Of a stretch of 64,000 nucleotides of DNA, positions 49,673 through 60,913 are shown one piece after another (within the stretch, counting starts at the first letter, position 1; each line of letters opens with the position of its first letter). The stretch covers positions 11,593,558-11,657,557 of the forward strand of contig NC_090399.1 of assembly GCF_036365525.1 (NCBI RefSeq), read 5' to 3'. A model generated the notes under the pieces. The model had not been told where the DNA came from. It saw only the letters and a list, made by a program, of their open reading frames with translations, and searched no databases. Source of the DNA: Heterodontus francisci. Lineage: Eukaryota. A program made the translations under genes and the position numbers.

Positions 49673-51813
49673 TCACAAAGCAAATATTCCAAAGAAGCTC
49701 TTTCCTTGGGCAGTGTCTACATATCCCACCATCTCCTCACTAACCCTGGAGTAGATCTGATCTCCCTCCTCAAACTCAAATATGGCTCCCTGATAGGAGG
49801 TCTTGTACCAGGGCTCTCCGTGTTGGCGGGAATGACAGGCTGACTTGGTGGCTCTCAGTAGCAAGACTTCCTCTGGATAACTGGGTGAGAGCTTGGCAAG
49901 CTCGTGGCTCAGATAGACAGTCTTGTCCTGACAGCCCCTGCTGTAGAAGACCACCTGGGTGTAGACAAAGTACCGACCAGGGGTCTTGATGACGAGACTG
50001 TTGTCCGTGAACTCCACACCCTCGGCAAAGGTGGAGTCCGCCTCATTCTGCCAAATCACATTCTTTCCTTTGCTGGTTGGTGAAGCTGAGGAGAGAAAGA
50101 GAGAGGGAACAACATAAGTATGGAATAAAGACAAAACAACAATTTGCATTTATATAGTGCCTGTAACATCCTCAGGACATCCCAAAGCACTTTACAGACA
50201 ATGAAGTACTTTTTGAAGTACAGTCACTGTTGTAATGCAGGAAATGGGGCAATCAATTTGCGTACAGTAAGCTCCCACCAATGGTAATGTGGAAATAACC
50301 AGATAATGTTTTGTTTAGTTCTGATGTGTGCGGATACATTTAGGCCAGTACAATGGCAGGGAGTGGGGGGGGGGGGGGGCGTCTCCCCTACTCTTCTCCA
50401 ATAGGATTGTAGCTGTTTCTGTTCACAGATCTTAAATATTAAACAGTACAAGCTCGATACATGGGACACTGAAGGAAGCATTGCTAAATGTCCAAAAATC
50501 TGAATGGAATCAACTGGCCTTGGCCAGACAATGAACAGATGGGATACATAAAGCAACACAACACAAAAGGGGGCCATTCAGCCCATTGTGACTGTGCTGT
50601 ATCTTTGGTTGAACTATCCAATTAATCCTAATGCCCAATTCTTTCCCCAGCACCCTGTAATTTTCTGCTGTAGTGCAGTGGGAGGGCCTCACTTCAGGAT
50701 ACTGGGCTATTAATAAGGTTAAGAATATTCTGGTACCTGCCAGGTGAGCTGCGATTGTCCCCCTCGGGTCATTTCCCACCTGTTTCATGAGATGAGGGAG
50801 ACCTGGAAAAGGAAAAGGCAGATTCTCAGTTACTATTGTAACACACACAGACCCAAAACTAACTGACAGAATGAGAGATAGTGAGAGTGAGACAGAGTGA
50901 GAGAGAATGGTAGAAAGGGAGAAATGGAGACCGAGAGATCATGAGAGAAAATGAGAGAGAAAGAGTGAGACTAACACAGACAGAAACATTTACAGAGTGA
51001 GAGATTCTGAAAGAGATTGATATATAGGTGTGCAGAGAGTTTGATGCAGAGAGACGTAGAGCCATATTGATAGAGAAATCAATTGAGGGAACACTCACCA
51101 CTGTTACTCGGGACTGTTGTCAGGGGAGAATGAATCTGCTCAGATTGTAATCTTACTTCCTGTAGAAATTAAACAAAGAAAGAGGTTAAGATGTGAAATC
51201 CACCCTGAATTGCCAGGAAATTCAACAGGAACATCTGTACAAAGGTTCAACCCAGATTATTTGCATTGCACAGAGAGACTGGGTGGGGAGGGGAAGATTC
51301 AGACTCTGATTCCCATACTCTAGATTGACAGCAGATAGTTTATCAGAAAACAAGTCTTGGCTAAAGCTGAATAATGTACAGGATTGGTTATTAAATGGCT
51401 GCATGTTTCCAACCCAGGCCGTAATGAGGTGTTCAGAGAGAACAGTAAAACCCAACAGCCGCATTAACTGGGTGAACACAGTTTACTATTTCACTGCAAG
51501 GAGCAGTGAGGACAGACACTGAAATCACTTCACAGCTTTACACCACACTGAAAGCAGCCTCTCGGAGGAATGCAAGGAACAGAGGAAAGGCAACAAGACG
51601 GAACTAGATCACTGTTTTTCAAATAAAATCACACACCTGGTTTGAAGGTAAAACTCCAAGCTGACAGAGTAACAGGTAGGAAGACACAGCCAGCAAACCC
51701 AGCACAGCCACTGCACAGAGAGACCGCCAGAAACAGCTTCTCTTCGGCTCTGACTGCCTGAGTGTAACCATTCCTCCAGTCTCAAGGTCCAGCAACTTGT
51801 TCTCACAACTCAT
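49673..51813 (-). CDS. TNF: TNF-alpha-like cytokine, copy 3; exons 51813-51637, 51159-51099, 50802-50737, 50085-49673; 238 aa
   Basis: Same exon sizes and GT-AG sites, frame open; intron 3 is 123 nt longer than in copies 1 and 2. Confidence 0.9.
50136..50420 (-). mobile_element. Deu-domain SINE remnant in intron 3 of copy 3, undeleted
   Basis: Continues with caatttgcgtacagtaagctcccac...accagataat, a segment absent from copies 1 and 2. Confidence 0.65.
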
Positions 51814-51920
51814 GGTGTTAGATGTCAGTCGGAGCTTTGTTAGTAGCAGCCTTGTGTCTGACCCAGCGACTCTCACTCTCAGTTCTCTGAGTGCTTTGTG
51901 ATTGCTGCAGCTTCACGGCA

Positions 51921-52009
51921 GCTCTTTATAAAGAGCAGAGTCACATCACTGGTAAGTGTGATGCAATGGAGTAGGAAATACCCAACCGAAAGCAGCAACG
52001 ATTGGAAAA
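51921..52009 (-). promoter_or_regulatory. Proximal promoter of TNF copy 3
   Basis: Same motifs as copy 1 (palindromic TATA 51921-51936). Confidence 0.7.
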
Positions 52010-54264
52010 CGGCAACTTCTCCCGAGACCAATGTGAGAATGATGTGAGACTGGATCTGTTCAACTTTCACTGAACATAGAAATAATTCGGCAGTTTCACC
52101 AATGCTGGGGAAAATTTAACAAAACTAAAGTGGGCACTGTACATTGTCCCATGTTGTAAATGTATCCACAATGAGAGAGAAAATATAGAGAAAGATAATG
52201 TTTTTGCATATGTATTGAGAAAGAGTGTGGCTCAGGGGAAAATGTAATCGACATTAAAGAAATGGTAGACTTGTTAAATAGGGGAGGAAGTTATTGAATT
52301 CATGTAAGTAAAAAATAACGGACAAATTAATGAGACTGAAGATCGAGAAGTTTCCAGGACCTGATGGCTTTCACCAGAGAAAAAGGCTATAGAAAGATAT
52401 AAAGACAGAAAAAATAAATTACTGAGGATCTTACATTTATATAGGAAAGATGCAACCAATTCACACACAGCAAGATCCCACAAACAGCAATGAGTTAAAT
52501 AACCAGACAATCTGTTTTGGTGATTTTGGTTGAGGGATGTACATTGGAAAGGATACAGGTTCACAGGGGATATATTGGCCTTGGAGGGTTGCAGCACTAA
52601 TTCACTAGAATTACACCAGCGCTACGTGGGTTAAATTACAAGGCGAGGTTGTATAAACTTGTCTTGTGTTCCCTTGAGTATATGAGACTGAGGGGTTAAG
52701 GTGGTTAAAATTTAAAGGATTTGATCGAGTAGATGTGTAGAAATTATATACTGTGTTGGATGATCCAGGGATAAGTGAACAGAATCTTAATGTTCGAGCA
52801 AGACCATGTTGAGCGAATTTCAGGAAGTGCTTTTTCACACAAAAGTTTGTAGAAATCTTGGACTCTCTCTCGCCAAATGATAGCGAATGTTGGGCCAAAA
52901 TTGGAGTGTTCAAGATTGAGATGGACAGATGTTTGTTCGGTCAGAGTATCAAGGAATATGGAGTGAAGGCTGGTGGATGGAGGTGACATACAGATCTGCT
53001 ATGACTTAAATGAATGTTGGAACAGGCTGGAAGATGGAACAGGCTTGAGGGGCTGAATGGCCTCACGCTGTTCATTTGTTCCTCTGCTCCAGATGACTTT
53101 GACCAGGCAGTGTTACTCTACAGCTAACCTGTGTTCCACTTGATGTGGAATAGTACTAAGCTGGCTTAAATGGGCAAGTGTTAGGAAGACTTTATCTGCA
53201 TTTAACACACCGAGTACTTTCCTGGGATTTGGAAAGAGTTTCCAATCCAACGATGGCCTGATTCATGTCAATAAATGTATATTTCCATTAACCATCACTC
53301 CCTTCCCCAACATCAATGTTCTTTAATCTACCTTCTAGAAATAGGGAACTACATTATTGTCAAATCCCCTTTGTCTTTTTACATGGTATACAATTCTTTC
53401 CCAGAAAGGGAAGGTGTTGTTATGAAGCCGAACATAATCGTCATGTTAATCTTACAGAGCCAATATTTCCACTTTGTGGGGGAATCCAGAAGAAGGGAAC
53501 ATCATTTGAGGTTAAAGCCAGGAGTGTAATTGGGAAGCAGTTCTTTACACAAAATGTAGTTTATATATTTATATAGCTGGAGAAGCAGTTATAGTTCAAT
53601 GTCGAGGTTTACAATACATTAAACTTCTTTAGCTGATACAGTGTGAATGGTTGTGATGCCATCAGGAATGGATCTCACAGGGCAAGAGTTCAAGATGTGG
53701 GCCAATGACTGACCTGGAGGGTCACAGTCACAATTTGAGCTGGTCCTTGGGATCCACTTATGGAGCAAGGAGCCACATCTTCGCTGGTCCATATCAAGTG
53801 GTTGATGATTCTCCAGACTATCCATGGGAGGTTGAAAGCTGGGACTTCACCACTCGGATCAGTTATCAGGTTGCGGTTGGTGATGTCAGCCGTCAACCAG
53901 GTTATGTGCCATCAAGAGATGGGGCTGTTGTCGGTTTGCAGTGTGTAACATGTGTTCCAGTAGGGGCTAGGTGAATTCAGGCAAATGCATGGGTTTTTTT
54001 GAGGTCCTTTATCAATGGGAGTGTGTAGTGGAAATCTGGAACTCTCTTCCTCAAAAGGCTGAGGATCTTGTGTCAATTGAAACTTTCAAAAGTGTGGTTG
54101 CTAGATTTTTCAGGGTTTATCAGGGGATATGGAGTAAATGTGGGTAAATGGAGTTGATACAGATCAGCTATGATCTAATTGAATGATGAAAGTATTTTGA
54201 TGGGCTGAATGGCCTTCTCCCCTTCCTGCGTGATGTACGTAAGACACGTAAGATGGTGATTGTT

Positions 54265-55285
54265 CGAGTATGTTCCAGCTGTCAATGGTTTCATTGTCTT
54301 CTGTGGGTCCTCGCAATAGTGAACAGCCTGAAATGAGATTGGTCTGGATGCCCAGAGAACTGGCAGTTCATAGTGTCATTGTTGGACTTGAGGGAACGTC
54401 TGCAGCTGCAGGACCTCTGACCTTCCTCTGGGCATGTCGGATGATCCAAGTTTAGCATAGATAGTCCGTGAAATACGCTGAACCAGATTTCAGTGCTTGC
54501 CCATGTGGATCGGTCGGCTGCAGTGTTTTCCTAAGTGTGGTGGATTGCAATGCAGAATTTTGTGAGCCTTTTTTAAGGATGTTCTTATATCATTTGTAAT
54601 GACAATCTTGATTGTGTTTGCCCTGAGATAGTTCCCAGAGAAGATCTGCTTGGGGATTCTGGAATCATCCATGTGGGAGACATGGCCTTGCCATCTGAGT
54701 TGAATATTCTAGAGGGTGGTCTCCATGATGTTGAGCCAAGCCCGATGGAGGACCTCGTTGTTTGTGATTTTGTTCTGGTATCAAATTCTCATGATGTTTC
54801 AGGTGTCTCTGGTGTAAGCATTCCAGAGCTTTGATGTGGCTTCTATAGCAGACGCAGGATTCTGTTCAATACAGCAGGGTGGTGAGGACAATGGCCTTGT
54901 AGAGTTTGATTTGAGTCTTCAGCTTAATGCCTTGTTGCTGCCAGACATGATCATGGAGTCGGCCCGAGGCAGAACTTGCCTTCTGGATGCGTGCACCGAT
55001 ATCTTCATCACTCGTGACATCCCTAGAGAGCACACGACCAAGGTATGAGAATTTTTCTCCAACCGAGACTTGTGCCATCAATGGTTATCTCTGCTGCTTC
55101 ATAGTGTGTGCCAGTTGCTGGCTGAAACATAACCTCATTCTTGGAGACACTGTTTTGAAGACCAAAGTTTTTGGCAGCACTTGAGAATTTGTTTGCCATG
55201 GTCTGGATGTCTTCCTTGTTGTGGGCAGCTAGGGAACAGTCACCTGCATACTGAAACTCTCGGATTTCTGCCTCTGTGACTTTAG
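54265..55285 (-). mobile_element. RTE-clade LINE fragment, unit 3
   Basis: Paralogous to 20310-21320. Confidence 0.75.
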
Positions 55286-58200
55286 TGGAAGCAGTTAAAA
55301 TCAGGAATGCTCAAGACGACAGAATTAGAGGAGGACAGAGATCTTGATGGTGGTCGGGCTGGAGGAGATTACAGTGTTTGGGAGGGAAAAGGCCATGGAG
55401 GGATTTGAAAACAAGGATGAGAATTTTATAACAAGGCATTGATTATATCACAGCCAATGTATGTTGGCGAGCACAGGCATGATGGTCCGAATTAGCAGAT
55501 GGGAAGCAGAGTTTTGGATGATGTCAGGTTTTCGGAGGGCAGAATTGTGGGAGACTAGCTAGGAGAGATTTGGAATAGTCAAGTCTATAGGTAACAAAGG
55601 CCTGAATGAGGATTTCAGCAGCAGATGAGCTGAGGAAAGGGCAGAGTCAGGAGTTGTTACGGAGGTGGAAATAGGCGGACAAGTTGTTGGCACAGATATG
55701 AGGTCAGGAGATCATCTTGGGGATAGAAGGCAAGAGCTTCAGTTTTCTCAATACTTAATTAGAGGAAATTTCTGCTCACTCAGTCCTGGAAGTTGCACTA
55801 GCGGTCTGACAATTTTAAGACAGTGGAGGGGTCAAGAGAGATGGTGATGAGGTAGAGCTGGGTATCATGAGAGCACATGTGGAAACTGACAATGTATTTT
55901 CGGATGATGTCACCATGGAGCAGCATGTTAATGAGAAATAGGAGGGGACTAAGGATTGATCCATGGGGGTCACTGGAGGTAACAGTGCAGGAGTGGGAAG
56001 AAAAGCCATTGCAACTGATTCACGCAGGCAAATGCAGTCCTAACCAGCTGGAGAATGGTGAAGAGGCGCGGGAGGATTTATGACTTCGACAAGAGCCATT
56101 TCAGTCCTCTGGCAGTCACTGAAAGCTGTTTGGAGGGATACAAACATGGAGATCTGGGAAAGATAGTCGTGGATTTTGGATACGACAATATGTCATAGAG
56201 TTTGGAGAGGAAAGGGAGGTTCAACTGTGATAGTATTTTGTAAGTTCGGAACGCTCAAGGGTTGTTTTTTTGAGGAGAGAGGTGCTGGCGACAGATTTGA
56301 AGGTGAGGGGGTGAGTACTGGAGGAGAGAGAACTGTTAATAATATCAGCTAACATGGGAGTCAGGAGGGGAAGTTGGGTTGTCAGCAATGTAGTGGGAAT
56401 AGGTCTGAGAGAGAAGGTCTTGGATCTTATGGACAAGATAATCTCAGAGTGTTTCTTCCAGTGGTGGACACAGAAGAAGCAGGGTTGGGAAGGGAAAGAG
56501 GGATAAGTGTGGAGAGCGGTAGATCGAAGTGATCAGAGATGACTTTATCTGTGATTAATGGAACTGCAGTGAAATGTGTGGCTAGATTATGTGCTCAAGT
56601 CCTTGACCTCTTCACCTTTGACCCAGAAACGTAAGTGTGGCAGAGCTGAGACTTAAAAGGGGTGTAGACACCCTTTATGAGTGAATCCTTGATGGTTTGA
56701 CAGCGTCATTAGAGTGGATGCCTGAAGCTTAGATTCCACCTTTAAATGGGGTCTCTGATGGTTAAACACTCTCTTTAGATTAGCTTTCTGATGGTTAGAC
56801 TCCCTCTTTAGATGGGGGTCTCTGATGGTTAACACTCTGTTTAGATGAGGGATCTCTGATGTTTAGCCACCCTCTTCAGTTGTAGTCTCTGATAGTTAGA
56901 CTCCCTCTTCTGATGGGGGTCTCTGATGGTTAGACTCCCTCTTTGGAAGTGTGTCTCTGATGGTTGTACCCCCTATTCTGATGGGGGTCTCTGACGGTTA
57001 GTTCCCCCTTTAGATGGGGGTCTCTGATAGTTAGACTCCGTCTTTTCATGGGAGTCACTGATGGTTAGGCCCCCTCTTCTGATTGGGGTCTCTGACCGTT
57101 AGACCCCCTCTTCTGATGGGGGTCTCTGATGGTTAGATTCCCTCTTTAAATGGGGTTTCTGCTGGTTGAACTCTCTCAAGCTTTTTTGAGCTCATCTTGT
57201 CCAACTAACCCTCCTGCTCCATAGACCCCTTCCCACTAAACTGCTGAGCCCCCTATTCCACACTGGCCCTCAAATGCTCACTGGCATTGTAAATGTTTCT
57301 CTCTGGCTGAGTGGTGAATATGGAAATCCCATCCTGAGGAAATGCAGAGGGCATGTACTGAAGAGTACGGAATAAGATGCTGAGAACACTCAGGAGCAGA
57401 CATACATCACTCAGCCTTCTTGGGTAAATCTGTCCAGGAGAAGGCGAATGTTTATTTCAACACAGTCTGGATGGGACCAAGAGACTTGATAGGAAACCAC
57501 GGTAGGGAATCCATGTCTGATCATCATCATCATCCCATCATCGACCGAGAGGCTTTTTCTTAATTTAAAACTTTTTTCCATTAGCTGGGCTGTAAATTGT
57601 CTCATCTTTCGAACTTTCTATTTTCTGATAAGTACTATCAGCCTTTCAAAATGGTCACCCTCTGACCGACTCCCAATCATGTTATCCAATCTACAATTTC
57701 CAATCACCCAATTCTCTCTCTCATATTCTCAATCTCTTGATCCTTTCACAGATTCCTAATCGCCTGATCCTCTCTCTCAGATTCCCAGTCTCATGATCCT
57801 CTCTCTCAGATTCCCAATCTACTGATCCTCTCTCTCAGATTCCCAGTCTCCTGATCCTCTCTCTCAGATTCCCAGTCTCATTATTCTCTCTCTCAGATTC
57901 CCAATCTACTGATCCCCTTTCTCAGAGTGCTTGTCACAGATTGGTCGTAAACTGAGTGCATCATAAACAGAATGTAAAAGTTGGGAATTCAACGAGAATG
58001 GGAATTTGGTGTATAATGGGAAGGTGATGCTGCTTTCTGCCTCCAATACTTTGAATGGTTCATGTAACTGGTAAATATTTAGTTTCATTTCCTTGTACCT
58101 TAAACTAGTTCAAGTAATTAGTTACAGCACTAAAATCTATGAGCTGAATGAAGTAAATAAATAAACAAGGCTATATTGGGATGGCAGTGCAGGTAGTGTG

Positions 58201-58825
58201 GCTGCAATTGCAGCACATGGTAGTTATAGGGAGAGCATTGTGATCCTGGACAACCACATCTGCGTGAAGTGTCTGAATCTTGAGGAAATTCCACTCAGAG
58301 ATATTGACATTGTGGGGCATCAAGCAGGGAGAGAGTTACCTGGACTCTTTTATTCAGGAGGCAGTAACACCGCCTACGTTACGTGCTGGTACAGGTCTGG
58401 TTAGTGGTCAGGAACAGGAGGGCGTGACTGTGAGTCAGGCAGGTAAGGGGAGCCCAAGTGTACTCAGCCTTTGTCCTTGTCCAACATGTATGAGGTTCTT
58501 GCTGCCTGTGTGGATGAGGACAAAGTTTGCAGGATGGATGTGCAAACTGACCACAGCACCATGATACAGCGGTTGATTCAATTGGAGGGAGTGGAAAGGA
58601 ATGTGTTAGGTAACGGAATAGTGAGGGAAATAGATACTGTTCACTGCAGCTGTGATTGGGAGTTCCAAAGATTGTGTTTCCTGCCTGGTTCCAGAGTTAA
58701 AGATCTTGCAGCTGGAGCAGAACGGAGTGGGAGAGGGAGGGGCAGGATCACGTTTGTGATGGTCCATGTAGGAACCAATGACATAGGTGGAATAAAGGCA
58801 CAAATTATGAAATGAAACCTTAAGG

Positions 58826-60881
58826 TTTTTCTCTCTGGGAAATATGTGGTGTGTCTTTAAGACAACAAATAATCAGTACTGCTTTAAGAACAAGCAGGCC
58901 TCAGGAGGTACCAAGAAGGTACATTCTCATTGCCTTGGATACAGCCACAAGGACTGAGCATCGAGAGATTCATTTCATAGAGTTATGCAGCACGGAAACA
59001 GGCCCTTCAGCCCATTGTGTCTGTGCCGGCCATCAAGCACCTCTCTATTCTAATCCCATTTTCCAGCATTTGGCCCACAGCCTTGTATGCTATGGCATTT
59101 CAAGTGCTCATCTGGATACTTCTTAAATGTTGTGAGGGTTCCCGCCTCTACCACCCCTTCAGGCAGTGCGTTCCAGATTACAACCACCTTCTGGATGAAA
59201 AGGTGTTTCCTCAAATCCCCTCTAAACCTCTTGCCCTTTACCTTAAATCTATGCCCCCTGGCGATTTATCCACTTTCAAGGATGTCAGACCCTCTAGTAC
59301 TTCCTCTCTCATTATGCTTATCATATCCAATATTTCACACTCTTCCTCTTTACCTAAAATGTCTGCTTCATCCCACACCACATATTTCCCAGAGAGAAAA
59401 AAAAACAGGATCATGACATAACCTTCAGGTTTCATTTCATAATTTCTGCCTTAATTCTACCTATGTCATTGGTTCCTACATGGACCATAACAAACTGTTC
59501 CTTCCCCTCCCTCTCCCACTCCGTTCTGCTCCAGCTGCAAGATCTTTAACCCTGGAACCAGGCAGGAAACACAATCTTTGGAACTCTCAATCACAACTGC
59601 TGCGAACAGTATCTATTTCCCTCATTCTTTGTGAAGGCAGAGGCAAAAAACTCACTAAGAACCCTGCCGACATCTTCTGCATCCACGCATAAGTTCCCTT
59701 GTACATCTCTGATAGGCCCTACCCTTTCCTTGGTTATCCTCTTGCTCTTAATGTACTGATAAAACATCTTTGGATTTTCCTTGATTTTACCTGCCAATAA
59801 TTTTTCATGTCCTCTCTTTGCTTTTCTAATTTCCTTTTTTACTTTACTCCTGCACTTTCTATACTCCTCTCGGCTTTCTAAAGTATGAAGATTTTTGTGA
59901 TTGTCAAAAGCTTTCTTTTTCTGCTTTACCTTACCCTATAAGCTTCTAGATAACCAGGGGGCTCTAGATTTGGCAGTGCCACCCTTTATCTTTGTGGGGA
60001 CATTCCTACACTGTGCCTGTAGTATCTCACTTTTGAATGCCTCCCATTGGTTTGCACATTTGTTACAATTTAATTTTGAACTGGCTTATAGTGCAAACAG
60101 TCTGTTCCAACAGGAGACACAGACAGACAGCTGTGTGTTCACACCTGAAAGAAGTGTTCTCAGTTCATTTAAAGTGAAGGAAGATAATTTAGTCTCTTTA
60201 TTCTTTATTCTCTCTCAAAATTATAAAAAATCACGGCAAAACAGAGATCTCTGATAATTTAAACTGAAGGAAGGGAAGTGAGACGGTGACAATATTTTAT
60301 CCCTCAAAAAACTCTAAAGTCAGATTGATTCTATTGAAAGTGTTTGCAAGTTGTTAATCGTTGAAATTCATTGCTGGAGAAGGAAAGCATCATTTTCTGC
60401 TGGAATTAGACGATGGATTGTTCTGCTGTTGAAGAACATTTTTTTCCTTTGGACGGCTGTGAGGACTTCAAGCAACAATGGACTGTAAATTTGCAAGGAC
60501 TCTAATTTTTTTTTAATTTTATATGTTGTTTATATCTTAGTAGTGTTGAAGAATTTAGTTTTTCTAATGAAAGAGTTAATTTGTTGATTTAAAGACACCT
60601 GGTTTGGTTAGCCTGATTCGGGGGTTAATAGATGGGATAATTTGTCTGGGTCTTTCTTTAATTTGGAAAGTTGAATATGATATGTTCGGCAATCTGTGGA
60701 GGAACGAGATAGAATTAACAGTGCTTTTCTCCCACCACAAACAGAATCGTATATTTTGATTGGGGGCTTTGACTGGAGTGGTCGGTCGTAACATATTAAT
60801 TGGGAGCTCACTCGAGATTTGAATCATATATTCATTGGGTTGCTGACTTTGAATTATATCTTGAAGTGGTCGGTCGTAACA
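58826..60881 (+). mobile_element. Collapsed LTR retroelement, unit 3 (5' terminus deleted; interrupted at 58976-60056)
   Basis: Colinear with the unit 1 LTR on both sides of the insertion. Confidence 0.7.
58976..60056 (-). mobile_element. Rearranged CR1 insertion, private to unit 3, with a captured inverted local fragment (59374-59624)
   Basis: TSD CATTT (58971-58975 and 60057-60061); CR1 pieces at 60056-59625, 59373-59262 and 59261-58976. Confidence 0.8.
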
Positions 60882-60913
60882 GGTAATAATCTCTGTATTA
60901 ATACCTAAGTCAT

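Noticed and set aside
50086-50149. Apparent signal-peptide-like extension on the exon 4 ORF of copy 3 (secreted, lymphotoxin-alpha-like isoform)
   Set aside because: The hydrophobicity comes from the polypyrimidine tract of the acceptor, and the frame is closed by a stop in copies 1 and 2. No promoter or transcript evidence supports it.
14380-60913. False duplication from assembly (haplotype artefact)
   Set aside because: There are three versions, each with private TSD-flanked insertions and many substitutions, which is more than two haplotypes can explain. Read-level confirmation is still desirable.
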